Notes: a model not told the origin generated them from the letters alone. 64,000 bases of DNA from Nitrospirae bacterium JdFR-81 (GCA_002011735.1 MTOQ01000011.1:2761-66760); one strand, 5' to 3'. Shown: positions 25,869-36,785, counted from the first letter of the stretch. A program made the numbers and translations.

Positions 25869-26873
25869 GTGAAAATACTCATAATAAAGCCCAGTTCACT
25901 CGGTGATGTAATCCATGCGTTACCCTTCCTCAAGGCAGTAAAGGATACCTTCCCTGAGTCGACCATCGACTGGATAATAAGCAGCGGGCTTGAGGGTCTG
26001 CTTGAGGGCAACCCGCTGATCAACGAGCTCATCGTTATCAACAAGGATTCCTGGAAGAGGCCCAAAAATATCAGAAGGACATCAAGAGAGCTGATCAACC
26101 TCAGAAGGAGACTGAGCAGCAGGGGATATGACCTCGTAATAGACCTCCAGGGGCTTCTCAGGAGCGGGGTCATCTCACGGTTTGCCACATCTTCTCTGAA
26201 GATAGGTTTTGCCGATGCGAGGGAGGGGAGCAGGTATCTATATGACAGGAGGGTCTCTGTCAACGGGATAGCCCATGCTGTGGATAAAAACCTTGCGGTC
26301 GCAAGGGCAATAGGTGCAAGGATAAGGGCCGTTAAGTTCCCGCTCTTCATCGATCATAAGGCAAGAGAGAGTATCAGACGCCTGCTCAACGGGATTGAGG
26401 AGTATATCGTGATCATCCCGTCTGCAAGATGGCCTACAAAGAGGTGGCCTGAGGAGGGGTTTGCCAGGCTCATAGAGCGCGTTTCACTGCCGTGTGTCAT
26501 TGCCGGTGGTGGACAGGACAGGCACATTGCACAGAGGATCTCACGCCTGTCCAGGGGAAGACCCATCAACATATGTGGAGAGACCAGTCTGAAGGAGCTC
26601 TCTGCCCTGATCTCAGGTGCAAGGGTCGTCGTGAGCCCTGACACAGGACCCATGCATATAGCAGTGGCCCTTGGTGTGCCTGTTGTTGCGCTATACGGTC
26701 CAACAGACCCTGTAAGGACAGGCCCCTATGGATGGCAGTGGAAGGATAATATAAGGGTTATAAGCTCAGGCGCACCATGCAGCCCGTGCCTCAAGAAGAG
26801 GTGTAAGGAACCACTCTGCATGACCGGCATAGGCGTGGACATGGTCGTCAAGGAGGTGGAGGGCCTCATTTAA
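25869..26873 (+). CDS. Glycosyltransferase family 9 (ADP-heptose:LPS heptosyltransferase-like)
   Basis: MKILIIKPSSLGDVIHALPFLKAVKDTFPESTIDWI is the typical GT9 N-terminus. The C-terminal region carries GPMHIAVALGVPVVALYGPTDP. Confidence 0.8.
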   Translation: MKILIIKPSSLGDVIHALPFLKAVKDTFPESTIDWIISSGLEGLLEGNPLINELIVINKDSWKRPKNIRRTSRELINLRRRLSSRGYDLVIDLQGLLRSGVISRFATSSLKIGFADAREGSRYLYDRRVSVNGIAHAVDKNLAVARAIGARIRAVKFPLFIDHKARESIRRLLNGIEEYIVIIPSARWPTKRWPEEGFARLIERVSLPCVIAGGGQDRHIAQRISRLSRGRPINICGETSLKELSALISGARVVVSPDTGPMHIAVALGVPVVALYGPTDPVRTGPYGWQWKDNIRVISSGAPCSPCLKKRCKEPLCMTGIGVDMVVKEVEGLI

Positions 26874-27622
26874 TGCTCTCTGTTGCCATCATCACATACA
26901 ACGAAGAGGACAACATAAGGGATGCCCTTGAGAGTGTTAAATGGGCAGATGAGATAGTGGTTGTTGACTCATTCAGTAAGGACAGGACGGTGGAGATATG
27001 CAGGGAATATACTGATAAGGTCTTCTCCATGGAGTGGTCAGGGTTCTCGCACCAGAAGAACAAGGCCATCTCACTGACCACCATGCCATGGATCCTTGTG
27101 CTCGATGCGGATGAGCGGGTCACAGGACCACTGAGGGATGAGATAACCACCCTTTTAAGGGATGAGCCCACCATGGCAGGGTATTACATCCCGAGGAAGA
27201 ACTTCTTCTCAAACAGATGGATAAGACACGGTGGATGGTGGCCTGATTATACACTGAGGCTCTTCAGGCGCAACAAAGGGAGGATCGAGGAGAGGGAGGT
27301 GCATGAGGCCATAAGGGTTGATGGCGAGGTGGGTTATCTCAAGAGCCCGCTTGAACACTACACATACAGGGATGTCAGCGACTTCCTGAAGAGGATGGAG
27401 CTGTATTCAGGCCTTGCTGCAAAGGAACTCTATAAGAATAACCGTCGGGCAACCGTGATGGACCTCCTCCTGAGACCGCCTGCCACATTCCTGAGGATGC
27501 TGATCCTTCGGATGGGCATCCTTGACGGCATCTATGGCATAATATTAGCCTGGTTGTATTCTGTCTATACATACAAAAAATATTCGAAGCTCAGGGGGAT
27601 GAATAAGGCTCAAAAGGATTGA
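26873..27622 (+). CDS. Glycosyltransferase family 2 (LPS core biosynthesis-type)
   Basis: MLSVAIITYNEEDNIRDALESVKWADEIVVVDSFSKDRT is the GT2 signature with a DxD-like motif. The start codon overlaps the GT9 stop (ATGA-type coupling). Confidence 0.8.
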   Translation: MLSVAIITYNEEDNIRDALESVKWADEIVVVDSFSKDRTVEICREYTDKVFSMEWSGFSHQKNKAISLTTMPWILVLDADERVTGPLRDEITTLLRDEPTMAGYYIPRKNFFSNRWIRHGGWWPDYTLRLFRRNKGRIEEREVHEAIRVDGEVGYLKSPLEHYTYRDVSDFLKRMELYSGLAAKELYKNNRRATVMDLLLRPPATFLRMLILRMGILDGIYGIILAWLYSVYTYKKYSKLRGMNKAQKD

Positions 27623-27643
27623 GGGCTATTGGAGGTATGAACG

Positions 27644-28957
27644 ATGCATATATCTGTTATAGGGACAGGGTATGTTGGCCTTGTTACAGGGGTGTGCTTT
27701 GCCGAGTTCGGGCTCAATGTCACCTGTGTTGATAAGGACAGGAAGAAGATAACGCAGTTGAGGAGGGGTGTTGTGCCGTTTTATGAGCCAGGTGTCGAGG
27801 AGCTCCTCCAGAGGAACCTCAAGGCAGGCAGGATACACTTCACAACGAACATCGGGGATGCGGTTGACTCCTCCCTTGTCATATTCATAGCGGTCGGCAC
27901 ACCTCCAAGGGGTGATGGCTCTGCTGATATGAAGTATGTGGAGGAGGTGGCCATCGAGATAGCCCGCCATATAAAGAGCTATAAGGTGATAGTAACAAAG
28001 AGCACGGTCCCTGTTGGCACAGGAGAGAGGCTCCGCAAGATAATATCCGCACACCTCAAGGAGAATGTCGACTTCGATATCGTCTCAAACCCCGAGTTCC
28101 TCAGGGAAGGGGCAGGTATCGAGGACTTCATGAGGCCCAACAGGGTGGTGATCGGCGCATCGAGCGCACAGGCGATAGCGATCATGAAGGACCTTTACAG
28201 GCCACTTTATCTCATAGAGACGCCCTTCGTCATCACTGACATAAAGACCGCTGAACTCATAAAGTATGCCTCCAATGCATTCCTTGCCACAAAGATATCC
28301 TTCATCAACGAGATAGCAAACCTCTGTGAGGATGTCGGTGCTGATGTCAAGACCGTTGCAAAGGCGATGGGGCTTGACCAGAGGATAGGACCGAAGTTCC
28401 TCCATCCAGGCCCTGGCTATGGAGGCTCGTGCTTCCCGAAGGACACGCGTGCACTCCTGCAGATCGCAAGGGAAAACGAGGTGAATCTGGGTATAGTGGA
28501 AGCGGTTGTAAAGGCGAATGAGCACCAGAGGCAGAGGTGTGTGAGGAAGATAAGGGAGGCCATGGGCAGGCTCAGGGGCAAAACCATCTGTATACTGGGC
28601 CTCTCCTTCAAACCAAACACCAACGACATGAGGGAGGCACCATCAGTGTATATAATCAATGAACTCCTGAAGTCAGGTGCAAAGATAAGGGCCTATGACC
28701 CTGCTGCGATGGGAGAGGCGAGGAGGATATTCTCAAGAAGGATAACCCTCTGCAAGGATGCCTATGATGCGGCAAAGGGTGCGGACGCACTCGTAATAGT
28801 GACCGAATGGAACCAGTTCAGGAACCTTGATTTAAGAAAGATCAAGAGGAATCTGAAGGGCAACTTCTTCTTTGACCTGAGAAACATATATGAGCCTGAT
28901 AAGATGGTGGAGATGGGCTTTGTGTATTCCTGCGTGGGGAGGAAGCCTACTCGATAA
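27644..28957 (+). CDS. ugd: UDP-glucose 6-dehydrogenase (nucleotide-sugar dehydrogenase family)
   Basis: [35 protein letters not shown]-binding N-terminus. The catalytic-Cys region GGSCFPKD is present. 437 aa. Confidence 0.85.
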   Translation: MHISVIGTGYVGLVTGVCFAEFGLNVTCVDKDRKKITQLRRGVVPFYEPGVEELLQRNLKAGRIHFTTNIGDAVDSSLVIFIAVGTPPRGDGSADMKYVEEVAIEIARHIKSYKVIVTKSTVPVGTGERLRKIISAHLKENVDFDIVSNPEFLREGAGIEDFMRPNRVVIGASSAQAIAIMKDLYRPLYLIETPFVITDIKTAELIKYASNAFLATKISFINEIANLCEDVGADVKTVAKAMGLDQRIGPKFLHPGPGYGGSCFPKDTRALLQIARENEVNLGIVEAVVKANEHQRQRCVRKIREAMGRLRGKTICILGLSFKPNTNDMREAPSVYIINELLKSGAKIRAYDPAAMGEARRIFSRRITLCKDAYDAAKGADALVIVTEWNQFRNLDLRKIKRNLKGNFFFDLRNIYEPDKMVEMGFVYSCVGRKPTR

Positions 28958-30431
28958 ATATCTTCAGCCGTTTGCTCCTTGCAGGATGCCTCAGCTTTCT
29001 CAGGATGTTGGCCTCTATCTGCCTCACCCTCTCCCTTGTGATGTTGAACTCCTTACCCACCTCCTCAAGGGTGAACGGCCTGTTGTTGCCTATACCGTAG
29101 CGCATCCTGATGATATCGGCCTCTTTATAGGGAAGGGTGCTGATCACCTTCTCCAGCTGTTCCTTTAGATCGTGCTCTATGGCTATGTCAAGCGGAGACC
29201 TCACGGTCGTGTCCTCTATGAGGTCCCTCAGTATATTGTCTGCGTCATCGCCAACAGGGTCTTCAAGGGAGAGGGGCTCCCTGTCTATCCCCATCGCCAG
29301 CCTCACCCTGTGCACAGGGATGCCTGACTCCTCTGCCACCTCCTCAATAGTCGGTTCCCTGCCATATTCCTGGACAAGCCTCCTTGAGACCCTCATCACC
29401 GCACCTATGGTATCCACCATATGGACAGGCAGTCTCACGGTCCTTGACTGATCTGCGAGCGAACGGGTAATGGCCTGCCTTATCCACCATGTTGCATAGG
29501 TGCTGAACTTGTATCCCCTGCTGTATTCAAACCTGTCCACCGCCTTCATGAGGCCGATATTGCCCTCCTGTATCAGATCGGACAGGCTCAGGCCCCTCCC
29601 GAGGCACCTCTTTGCTATGCTTATCACGAGCCTGAGATTGGACTCTATGAGCCTCCTCTTCGCCTCAAAGACCTTCTTTTCATAATAGCCAAGGAGCCTC
29701 AGGGACTTTTTTATCTCCAGCCTCTCCAGGCCAATGGTTGTCTCGATGCCCTTTATCTCCCTCTCAAGCCTCCTGAGCTCTTTGAGCCTGTTGGCATCCT
29801 CTCGGCCCTCCAGCCTCCTCTTCTTAAGATTCAGGAACCTCCTGTAGAGGCCATCCATCTTTGAGGCCATTATCCTGAGCTGTTCTATAAATGCCTCGAC
29901 CACATCCTCCTTAAGGCCAATCCTTGATACGGCCTCGAACAGCTCCTCCCTGTTTCTATTGAGTCTGTCAAGCGATTCCTTCCTTGTTGATGACTTGAGG
30001 TTCCTCCTCCTGAGCCTCCTCAACAGCAGGAGCCTCTCATCATACAGGGCCTTTACGGCCTCGGTATTCCTGATAAGCCCTGCGCGTGCCTCTTCCCTCT
30101 CCTCCTCTGTCATATCCTCCCATTCGGATATCAGGTCTGACATCCCGAGCCTGCCCTCCCTGAGCATGTCCCTGAAGCCGATGACCTTCTTGATGGCAAA
30201 GGGCATATTAAAGATCAAACCCTGTATCTTCCTCTTGCCCTCCTGTATCCTCCTTGCAACATTGATCTCTTCTTCCTTTGTCAGGAGCGAGAACGCACCC
30301 ATCTGCCTGAGATACAGGGATATCGAGTCATCATGTATGCCCTCGTCCTCAGACCTCCTGTCTGGTTCGGTCTCCGGTGACTCTGTGGTATCCGCCTCCT
30401 CAATCGGAAGGTCCTCGGGATATCCCTCCAT
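28947..30431 (-). CDS. rpoD: RNA polymerase sigma-70 factor RpoD
   Basis: Region 2 [38 protein letters not shown]. Region 4 [31 protein letters not shown]. Acidic N-terminal region. Confidence 0.95.
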   Translation of the reverse strand: MEGYPEDLPIEEADTTESPETEPDRRSEDEGIHDDSISLYLRQMGAFSLLTKEEEINVARRIQEGKRKIQGLIFNMPFAIKKVIGFRDMLREGRLGMSDLISEWEDMTEEEREEARAGLIRNTEAVKALYDERLLLLRRLRRRNLKSSTRKESLDRLNRNREELFEAVSRIGLKEDVVEAFIEQLRIMASKMDGLYRRFLNLKKRRLEGREDANRLKELRRLEREIKGIETTIGLERLEIKKSLRLLGYYEKKVFEAKRRLIESNLRLVISIAKRCLGRGLSLSDLIQEGNIGLMKAVDRFEYSRGYKFSTYATWWIRQAITRSLADQSRTVRLPVHMVDTIGAVMRVSRRLVQEYGREPTIEEVAEESGIPVHRVRLAMGIDREPLSLEDPVGDDADNILRDLIEDTTVRSPLDIAIEHDLKEQLEKVISTLPYKEADIIRMRYGIGNNRPFTLEEVGKEFNITRERVRQIEANILRKLRHPARSKRLKIFIE

Positions 30432-30434
30432 TCC

Positions 30435-32129
30435 TCATGCCCTCCTGCCCTTTAAGATGGCCTCCTGTTTCAACTGCAGGAGCCTCAATAATCTATCACT
30501 ATCGCCCTTCTGTTCTGCCTCCCTTATCTGGGATTGCAGGTCCTCAAGCATCGCCCTCTGCCTCTTGATCACCATCCTGTTGAGGCAATCCCTCAGCACC
30601 TTGTCAGGCTCTTCAAAGTCATCCATCAACATCACCTCTGAAAGGACCCTCTTCTCCTCCTCGTGACACTCAAGCAACAGCCTGTCTGGATCTGGCACAC
30701 CACGCCTCATCCTGTTAAATATGGATCTTAACAGATCGTCGCTGAAATCCTCGGGGGAGATGGTCTCAAAGACATCGGCAACCCTCTCAGGCATCTGGAG
30801 TAACAATCTGATAATGTATATCTCATCAAGGGGCCTCTTACCGTGAGAGTCAACAGGCCCCTCCGCAGCCTCTCCCCTCCTGACCCTCCCCCTCACCTTC
30901 TTGAGCTCCTCTATGATGAAGAACTCGTTTATACCAAGCCTCTCTGAAAGCATCTTTATATACGAACCCTGGATGAGGGCATCCGGTATCTTTGAGAGCA
31001 TCTCGATGGCATCCCGTGCGATCGTCAGTCTGTCCTTTCCATACCTCATGAGGAAATCGACTATGGACAGGGGCCTCTCAAGCAGGTCTCTGAAGGCATC
31101 GGCACCATCCCTCCTCAGAAAGCTATCAGGATCATCACCCTCTGGAAGACAGAGGAGCCTCACATCAACACCGGCAAGGAGGAGGAGCGATGTGGCCCTC
31201 TTCGCCGCCATTATACCTGCCTGATCACCATCAAACACCAGGACCACCCTGTCCGTGAACCTCTTTATCAGCCTCCCGTGATCCTCGGTGATGGCGGTGC
31301 CAAGGGGGGCAACCGCATTTGTAAAACCATAAAGATGGGATATGATCACATCGATGTAGCCCTCCATGAGGAGTGCATAACCTGTCCTTCTTATAGAGTC
31401 CCTTGCCAGATTGAGCCCGTAAAGGACCCTGCCTTTATTGAAGAGGACGGTCTCAGGGGAGTTCAGATACTTGGGCATTGAATCATCCAGCGCCCTCCCT
31501 CCAAAGGCAACCACATCCCCCCTGAGGCTATATATGGGAAAGATGAGCCTGTTACGGAATACATCATAATACCCCTTCGTCCCCTTTGCGATGAAACCCG
31601 CCTTTATGAGTAACTCGGTTCTGTAACCCCTGCCCTCCAGATAGGACCTCAATGCATCCCATGACGCAGGGGCAAAGCCTATAGAGAACATCCTCTGGGC
31701 ATCCCTGCCTATCCCCCTCTCCTCAAGATACCCCCTCGCCCTCTGATCCTTCATAAGGGACTCCTGGAAGAAGGTGAGGGCATCCCTGTTGAGCTTAAGG
31801 AGGAGGGCCTTTTCATCCCTGCCTGCCTCTCCCTTAAACCCCTTCAGCTCAACCCCTGCCCTGCTGGCGAGCTCCTTCACGGCCTCCCTGTATGTCAGGC
31901 CCTCATGCTTTATGAGGAAGGTGAATATATCACCACCCTCACCACATCCAAAGCAGTGGAATATCTGTTTTGCAGGGCTGACTACAAAGGACGGGGTCTT
32001 CTCGGAGTGGAACGGGCAGAGTGCCTTAAAGTTCTGCCCTGCCCTCTTGAGGTTAACATACTGGGAGATGAGATCAACAATATCAATCCTGCTCTTTATC
32101 TCCTCTAAGAGGCTATCATACGATGACAT
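30435..32129 (-). CDS. dnaG: DNA primase DnaG
   Basis: Zinc-ribbon CPFHSEKTPSFVVSPAKQIFHCFGCGEGGD, followed by a TOPRIM domain (VVLVFDGDQAG). Lies 3 nt upstream of rpoD. Confidence 0.9.
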   Translation of the reverse strand: MSSYDSLLEEIKSRIDIVDLISQYVNLKRAGQNFKALCPFHSEKTPSFVVSPAKQIFHCFGCGEGGDIFTFLIKHEGLTYREAVKELASRAGVELKGFKGEAGRDEKALLLKLNRDALTFFQESLMKDQRARGYLEERGIGRDAQRMFSIGFAPASWDALRSYLEGRGYRTELLIKAGFIAKGTKGYYDVFRNRLIFPIYSLRGDVVAFGGRALDDSMPKYLNSPETVLFNKGRVLYGLNLARDSIRRTGYALLMEGYIDVIISHLYGFTNAVAPLGTAITEDHGRLIKRFTDRVVLVFDGDQAGIMAAKRATSLLLLAGVDVRLLCLPEGDDPDSFLRRDGADAFRDLLERPLSIVDFLMRYGKDRLTIARDAIEMLSKIPDALIQGSYIKMLSERLGINEFFIIEELKKVRGRVRRGEAAEGPVDSHGKRPLDEIYIIRLLLQMPERVADVFETISPEDFSDDLLRSIFNRMRRGVPDPDRLLLECHEEEKRVLSEVMLMDDFEEPDKVLRDCLNRMVIKRQRAMLEDLQSQIREAEQKGDSDRLLRLLQLKQEAILKGRRA

Positions 32130-32144
32130 GATAGATCAGGACCT

Positions 32145-33119
32145 TCACTGCCGGCCACGGCCCTTAGGTCTCCTGAATCTCCTGAAACCAGAACAGGGGA
32201 TAACCTCCAGGTCTCCCTTCTTCTGTATCTCGTCAAGCAGGAGGTTCATGCCCAGGTTGTCACTGGATATGTGTCCTGCTATGACCACGTTTATGTGGTG
32301 CTTCTCTGCCTCTTTCCTGTGATCCTCGCTCAGGTGCATACCAACAATCGTCCCAACACCTGAATTTGCAAGGCTCTCAAAGATGTTCTTTGCACCTTCG
32401 GTGCCCCCTGTCATATCAACAAATATCTTTCCGGCCCTCCTCTCGCTACTGCCGATGAGTATCCTTGGCCCGGCATTGTTCCTTGACGCCTCCTGGTATT
32501 CTGGTATCTCCCTGAGGATCTTTATTATATCGCCCAGTGTCTCAGGTGCCCTCCTGTCAAAGAGCCTCTGTAGATAGCTTGTTACCATGTTGTCTGCGGG
32601 CGTATGGGCACAGATAAAGGGGATGTCCAGCAGCCTTGCGGCATCCACTGCCCTGGTATGGTTTACAGGCGAGACCCTCCTTGCAACCTCCTTTATCCTC
32701 CCTTCAAGGAGGTCTTCAGCGACATTTATCGGGACACCAAACTTATTCAATATATCGGCCTGCATATGCATGACCTCATAGAAATTCGCATATGCCCTTC
32801 CCTCGGGATGATGTGATATGAGCAGATCAACCCTCTTGCCCCTTGATGAGAGCCTATCGGCAAGGAGGACCTCCTGGACCTCAAGGTCTATCCCGACAAG
32901 TGCGGTCTTTATCTCCTCGCTGCCATCTCCATGGAGTATGCGTGTATCATCATAGGGGTTGGTGAGCCTCTCCGTGTCATAGAACTCCCTCTCCTCCTTC
33001 TTCATCTCCTCATACGCCTTTTTACGGCGATCCAGGAACAGCCTTACGCCCTTCTTCCCCCTTGGGTCTGTCTCGATGCCCTTCTCAACTATGGTCTCAT
33101 ATATCTGCCTCAGCCTCAT
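32145..33119 (-). CDS. Nif3-family dinuclear metal-centre protein (GTP cyclohydrolase 1 type 2 / YqfO-like) with an N-terminal extension
   Basis: Segments align by eye to E. coli YbgI: RVDLLISHHPEG vs ADAVIVHHG; ICAHTPADN vs WHLPLDA; VIAGHISSDNLG vs AAGHHATERGG. Position between yqeY and dnaG, as in Firmicutes-type MMS operons. Confidence 0.6.
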   Translation of the reverse strand: MRLRQIYETIVEKGIETDPRGKKGVRLFLDRRKKAYEEMKKEEREFYDTERLTNPYDDTRILHGDGSEEIKTALVGIDLEVQEVLLADRLSSRGKRVDLLISHHPEGRAYANFYEVMHMQADILNKFGVPINVAEDLLEGRIKEVARRVSPVNHTRAVDAARLLDIPFICAHTPADNMVTSYLQRLFDRRAPETLGDIIKILREIPEYQEASRNNAGPRILIGSSERRAGKIFVDMTGGTEGAKNIFESLANSGVGTIVGMHLSEDHRKEAEKHHINVVIAGHISSDNLGMNLLLDEIQKKGDLEVIPCSGFRRFRRPKGRGRQ

Positions 33120-33565
33120 CCTCCCTGAAGCACCTCCTTCACAATGGTATTGACCATCCTTCCATCTGCCCTGCCCTTCACCCTTGGCATGATCACCTTC
33201 ATAACCCTTCCGAGGTCTCCCATGCCGCTTGCACCGACCTCCTCGATCACCTCCCTGACCATCCCCTTCAGCTCCTCCTCTGATAACTGCTCTGGCAGAT
33301 AAGCCTGTATTATCCTGAGCTCCTCCCTCTCCTTCTCTGCAAGGTCTGTCCTGCCCCCCTTTGAAAACTGATCTATCGACTCCCTCGCCCGTTTCACAAA
33401 GGAGCTCAACACACCATAGATCTCCTCATCGCTCAGGGACGCCCCCTTCTCTATCTCACGGTTCTTGATCGCCGCCTTCAGCATCCTGAGGATGGAGACC
33501 CTCCTGTCGTCCCTTGCCTTGAGTGCCTCTTTGAAATCGTTCTCAAGCCTCTCAAACAGTGACAC
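33116..33565 (-). CDS. GatB/YqeY domain-containing protein
   Basis: 149 aa. MSLFERLENDFKEALKARDDRRVSILRMLKAAIKNREIE ... LPEQLSEEELKGMVREVIEEVGASGMGDLGRVMKVIM matches the YqeY pattern. Confidence 0.8.
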   Translation of the reverse strand: MSLFERLENDFKEALKARDDRRVSILRMLKAAIKNREIEKGASLSDEEIYGVLSSFVKRARESIDQFSKGGRTDLAEKEREELRIIQAYLPEQLSEEELKGMVREVIEEVGASGMGDLGRVMKVIMPRVKGRADGRMVNTIVKEVLQGG

Positions 33566-33568
33566 CTT

Positions 33569-33769
33569 TTACCTCGATGAATAGAGCTTCATCCTCTTGA
33601 GTGCCTTCTTCCTTGCTGCCATCAATTTCTTCTTCCTCTTCACACTGGGTTTATCGTAATGCTCCCGCTTCTTTATCTCCGAGAGTATACCCTCCCTCTC
33701 GCACTGCTTCTTGAACTTCTTCAGCGCATTCTCAAAAGACTCATTCTCACCCACCCTCACAACAGGCAT
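33569..33769 (-). CDS. rpsU: 30S ribosomal protein S21
   Basis: [59 protein letters not shown]. 66 aa. Confidence 0.9.
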   Translation of the reverse strand: MPVVRVGENESFENALKKFKKQCEREGILSEIKKREHYDKPSVKRKKKLMAARKKALKRMKLYSSR

Positions 33770-33915
33770 CCTGACTCACCTCCCCCCTTCACCTCTATCT
33801 GAAACCCGCCTGTGGCGGAGAATGATTGTTTGATGAATAATATAACCTTTTGATCCCCATTTAGGCAAGCAGCTTAACACAGGGACGGAGACAAACAGGG
33901 CGAGATAAGGTGTTC

Positions 33916-34269
33916 TTAAGAGCCTATAATCCTGTTATTCTTATCGAGCCTGACGATCTTGGTGGAGAAGTCCTTCAGCTCCTCCTCTGTGTAGTAGCAA
34001 TAGCAGAATATTATGATCTCGTCACCGACAACCCCTTTCCTTGCAGTCGGGCCATTCAGGCAGACTATCCCGGAGCCCCTCTCGCCAGGTATGACATACG
34101 TCTCGAACCTCTCTCCATTATTCAGATTGCTCACCAGGACCTGCTCGTATGGCATTATACCGGCAGCCTCGATGATCTCTTCATCGATGGTGAGGCTACC
34201 CTCATATGCTATATTTGACTCTGTAACCGTTGCCCTGTGAATCTTGGATTTGAGCATACACCTCAGCAT
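33916..34269 (-). CDS. panD: Aspartate 1-decarboxylase PanD
   Basis: MLRCMLKSKIHRATVTESNIAYEGSLTIDEEIIEAAGI...GERGSGIVCLNGPTARKGVVGDEIII aligns with E. coli PanD MIRTMLQGKLHRVKVT... including the pro-enzyme cleavage context. The ATG 4 codons into the track ORF was chosen. Confidence 0.85.
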   Translation of the reverse strand: MLRCMLKSKIHRATVTESNIAYEGSLTIDEEIIEAAGIMPYEQVLVSNLNNGERFETYVIPGERGSGIVCLNGPTARKGVVGDEIIIFCYCYYTEEELKDFSTKIVRLDKNNRIIGS

Positions 34270-34281
34270 AACGGCAACCAC

Positions 34282-34557
34282 CTACTCTATGATCTTTGGA
34301 ACCTTGTAGAACCCCCCTTTTTTAGAAGGGGCGTTCCTGAGGATCTCATCCCTCTCAGATGATACCCCCTGTCTGTCCTCCCTGAAGACATTCTTTATGG
34401 GCAGGACATGGGAGGTGGGTTCGACATCTGATGTGTCCAGCCGATTCAGTTTATTGATATAGTCGATGATACTGCCCAGTTGCCTGCTGAAGAGCTCCTT
34501 CTCCTCTTCTGTGAGCCTCAACCTTGCGAGCAAGGCGATATATTCGATCTCCATCAT
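34282..34557 (-). CDS. gatC: Asp-tRNA(Asn)/Glu-tRNA(Gln) amidotransferase subunit GatC
   Basis: 91 aa. MMEIEYIALLARLRLTEEEKELFSRQLGSIIDYINKLNRLDTSDVEPTSHVLP is the canonical GatC. Confidence 0.85.
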   Translation of the reverse strand: MMEIEYIALLARLRLTEEEKELFSRQLGSIIDYINKLNRLDTSDVEPTSHVLPIKNVFREDRQGVSSERDEILRNAPSKKGGFYKVPKIIE

Positions 34558-36680
34558 ATCCTTTCAAGATGAGCGAATCTGAGCGAGAGCCTCTTCACCC
34601 CCACAGACGGGAAGTTCACCATGACCTTCATATCGTCGTCATCACCATAACTCTCCCTTACAACCCCTATCCCCCACTTTGGATGCCTCACCCTCACCCC
34701 TGCAACAAAGGGTGTGCTCGCCACAGGCTCAAGATGCACCTTTGTCTCTATAGCAATGGAACCCCTGCCGTGCCTCTTCTCATAACACTGATAACACCCT
34801 GTCGGGATCTCGTCAAGGAACCGCGATGGCTTGAGCTCCTTGACCGAGGTGTAGAACTTCCTCCTCTTTGCCCTTGTGATAAAGAGCCTGTCCTTTGCCC
34901 TTGTGATCCCGACATACAGGAGCCTCCTCTCCTCCTCAAGCTCCTCCTGCCTCTTTATCGCATGGAAGTATGGGACAAGGCCATCCTCTGCACCTGCTAT
35001 GAATACCACCGGAAACTCCAGCCCCTTTGCACAGTGCAGGGTCATCAGGGAGACGGCATCACCATCCTGGGATTCGTCAATGGGTGTGTATAACGATGCA
35101 GTGTCTATGAAGCCCTTTATGTCCTTGCCCTCCACCGAGTGGAGGAGTTCTGTAAGGTTCTCGGCCCTCTCCTCCCCTACCCACTCAAGGTATCCCGTCC
35201 TCTCGTATATCAGCTCCAGTAGCCTTGATAGCTCTCCATCCTTCTGGCTGTTCAGGTCTTCTATCAGCTCAACAAAATCCCTGATCTTCTCCTTGAGCGA
35301 GGCAGAATATCCATTACTGCTTATGATTATCTTCATCATCTCGAAGAGCCCCTTGTCCTTCTTCCTCGCCTCGTTCTCGATCCTTCCGAGTGTGGCGGCA
35401 CCGATCCCCCTTGGAGGAGAGTTGATGATCCTCCTGAGGTTTACAGAATCATCGGGATTAACGATCACCTTGAGATATGAGATGATATCCTTTATCTCCT
35501 TCCTCTGATAAAAACTGAGGCTACCTATCACCTTATAGGGGATGCCACTGTCCCTCATCGCGTCCTCTATAACCCTCGCCTGCTGGTTGACCCTGTAGAG
35601 GACGGCAAAGTCCTTATAAGAGTATCTGCCCTTGAGATAAAGCTCCTTTATCGTCCTGGCTATATACCCTGCCTCATCCCTCTCTGTGTTGGTTATACAG
35701 TAGAGGACCTTCTCCCCGTCCGTCCTGTCGGTCCACAGCCTCTTTGGCATCCTCATGGAGTTGCAGGAGATGACACCGCCTGCGGCATCCAATATATGCT
35801 TCGTGGATCTGTAGTTCTGCTCAAGCCTTATGACCTTTGCCTTTGAAAAGTCATTCTTAAAGGCAAGGATGTTCTTCACATTTGCGCCCCTGAACCTGTA
35901 GATGCTCTGATCATCATCACCGACAACACATATGTTCTTATCCCTTGAGGCAAGGAGTTTGGAGAGCCTGTACTGGGAGATATTGGTATCCTGAAACTCG
36001 TCTATCATTATGTAGGGGAACTCGTCCTGATACTTCCTCAGTACCTTTGGATACTCTTCAAAGAGCCTGACGGTATACATTATAAGATCATCGAAGTCAA
36101 GGGCATTGTTCCTCCTGAGCTCCTCCTGATATCTGACATATACCCTTGCAAACTTCTCATCAAAGTCATAGCTGTCTTCATTCTTCAGTAGATCCTCAGG
36201 ACCGATAAGTGAGGCCTTGAGTGTGGACAGCCTTGATGATATACCCTTATAAAGTGCCTCATGCATATTGAACGCCTTGAGGATCGAACGGATCAGGTCA
36301 TAGGTGTCATGCTCATCATATATACAGAAGTCTCTCTTAAAGCCAAACCTCTCGATCTCCCTCCTGAGGATCCTGCAGCACAGGGAATGAAACGTCCCTA
36401 TCCATAAACCCTTTATAGACCTGCCAAGGAGGCCCTCTATCCTCTCCTTCATCTCATCAGCGGCCTTGTTGGTGAAGGTCATCGTGAGTATGGATGTGGG
36501 CGGGACCTTCTTGACCGTGCTCAGGTAGGCAAACCTGTGGGTTATGACCCTTGTCTTACCACTGCCTGCACCTGCCAGCACAAGGAGTGGCCCCTCTGAG
36601 TGGAGGACCGCCTCCCTCTGCTGGGGGTTGAGATCTTTTAGCATATCATGTCGGGACATAACAGACCTGGGTAAAGACAA
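34554..36680 (-). CDS. pcrA: ATP-dependent DNA helicase PcrA/UvrD family
   Basis: LNPQQREAVLHSEGPLLVLAGAGSGKTRVITHRFAYL (motifs Q and I). Downstream motif TFTNKAADEM (TxTNKAAxEM). Confidence 0.9.
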   Translation of the reverse strand: MSLPRSVMSRHDMLKDLNPQQREAVLHSEGPLLVLAGAGSGKTRVITHRFAYLSTVKKVPPTSILTMTFTNKAADEMKERIEGLLGRSIKGLWIGTFHSLCCRILRREIERFGFKRDFCIYDEHDTYDLIRSILKAFNMHEALYKGISSRLSTLKASLIGPEDLLKNEDSYDFDEKFARVYVRYQEELRRNNALDFDDLIMYTVRLFEEYPKVLRKYQDEFPYIMIDEFQDTNISQYRLSKLLASRDKNICVVGDDDQSIYRFRGANVKNILAFKNDFSKAKVIRLEQNYRSTKHILDAAGGVISCNSMRMPKRLWTDRTDGEKVLYCITNTERDEAGYIARTIKELYLKGRYSYKDFAVLYRVNQQARVIEDAMRDSGIPYKVIGSLSFYQRKEIKDIISYLKVIVNPDDSVNLRRIINSPPRGIGAATLGRIENEARKKDKGLFEMMKIIISSNGYSASLKEKIRDFVELIEDLNSQKDGELSRLLELIYERTGYLEWVGEERAENLTELLHSVEGKDIKGFIDTASLYTPIDESQDGDAVSLMTLHCAKGLEFPVVFIAGAEDGLVPYFHAIKRQEELEEERRLLYVGITRAKDRLFITRAKRRKFYTSVKELKPSRFLDEIPTGCYQCYEKRHGRGSIAIETKVHLEPVASTPFVAGVRVRHPKWGIGVVRESYGDDDDMKVMVNFPSVGVKRLSLRFAHLERI

Positions 36681-36785
36681 AAGGGTCTACACGCCTCATT
36701 ACACATTCTGTAATAAACCCCTCTCGGTTAAAGAGAAACAAGACCACTTACTTAAAGGCTATTAATCTATTATAACAGTTTTTTT

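Noticed and set aside
36681-36785. Intergenic region between pcrA and glmS scanned for a glmS ribozyme-like element
   Set aside because: The region downstream of glmS is irrelevant for the ribozyme (which is 5' of glmS, at 38659-38671; only 13 nt here, since glmU overlaps). No conserved ribozyme core was recognised. glmS appears to be translationally coupled to glmU instead.
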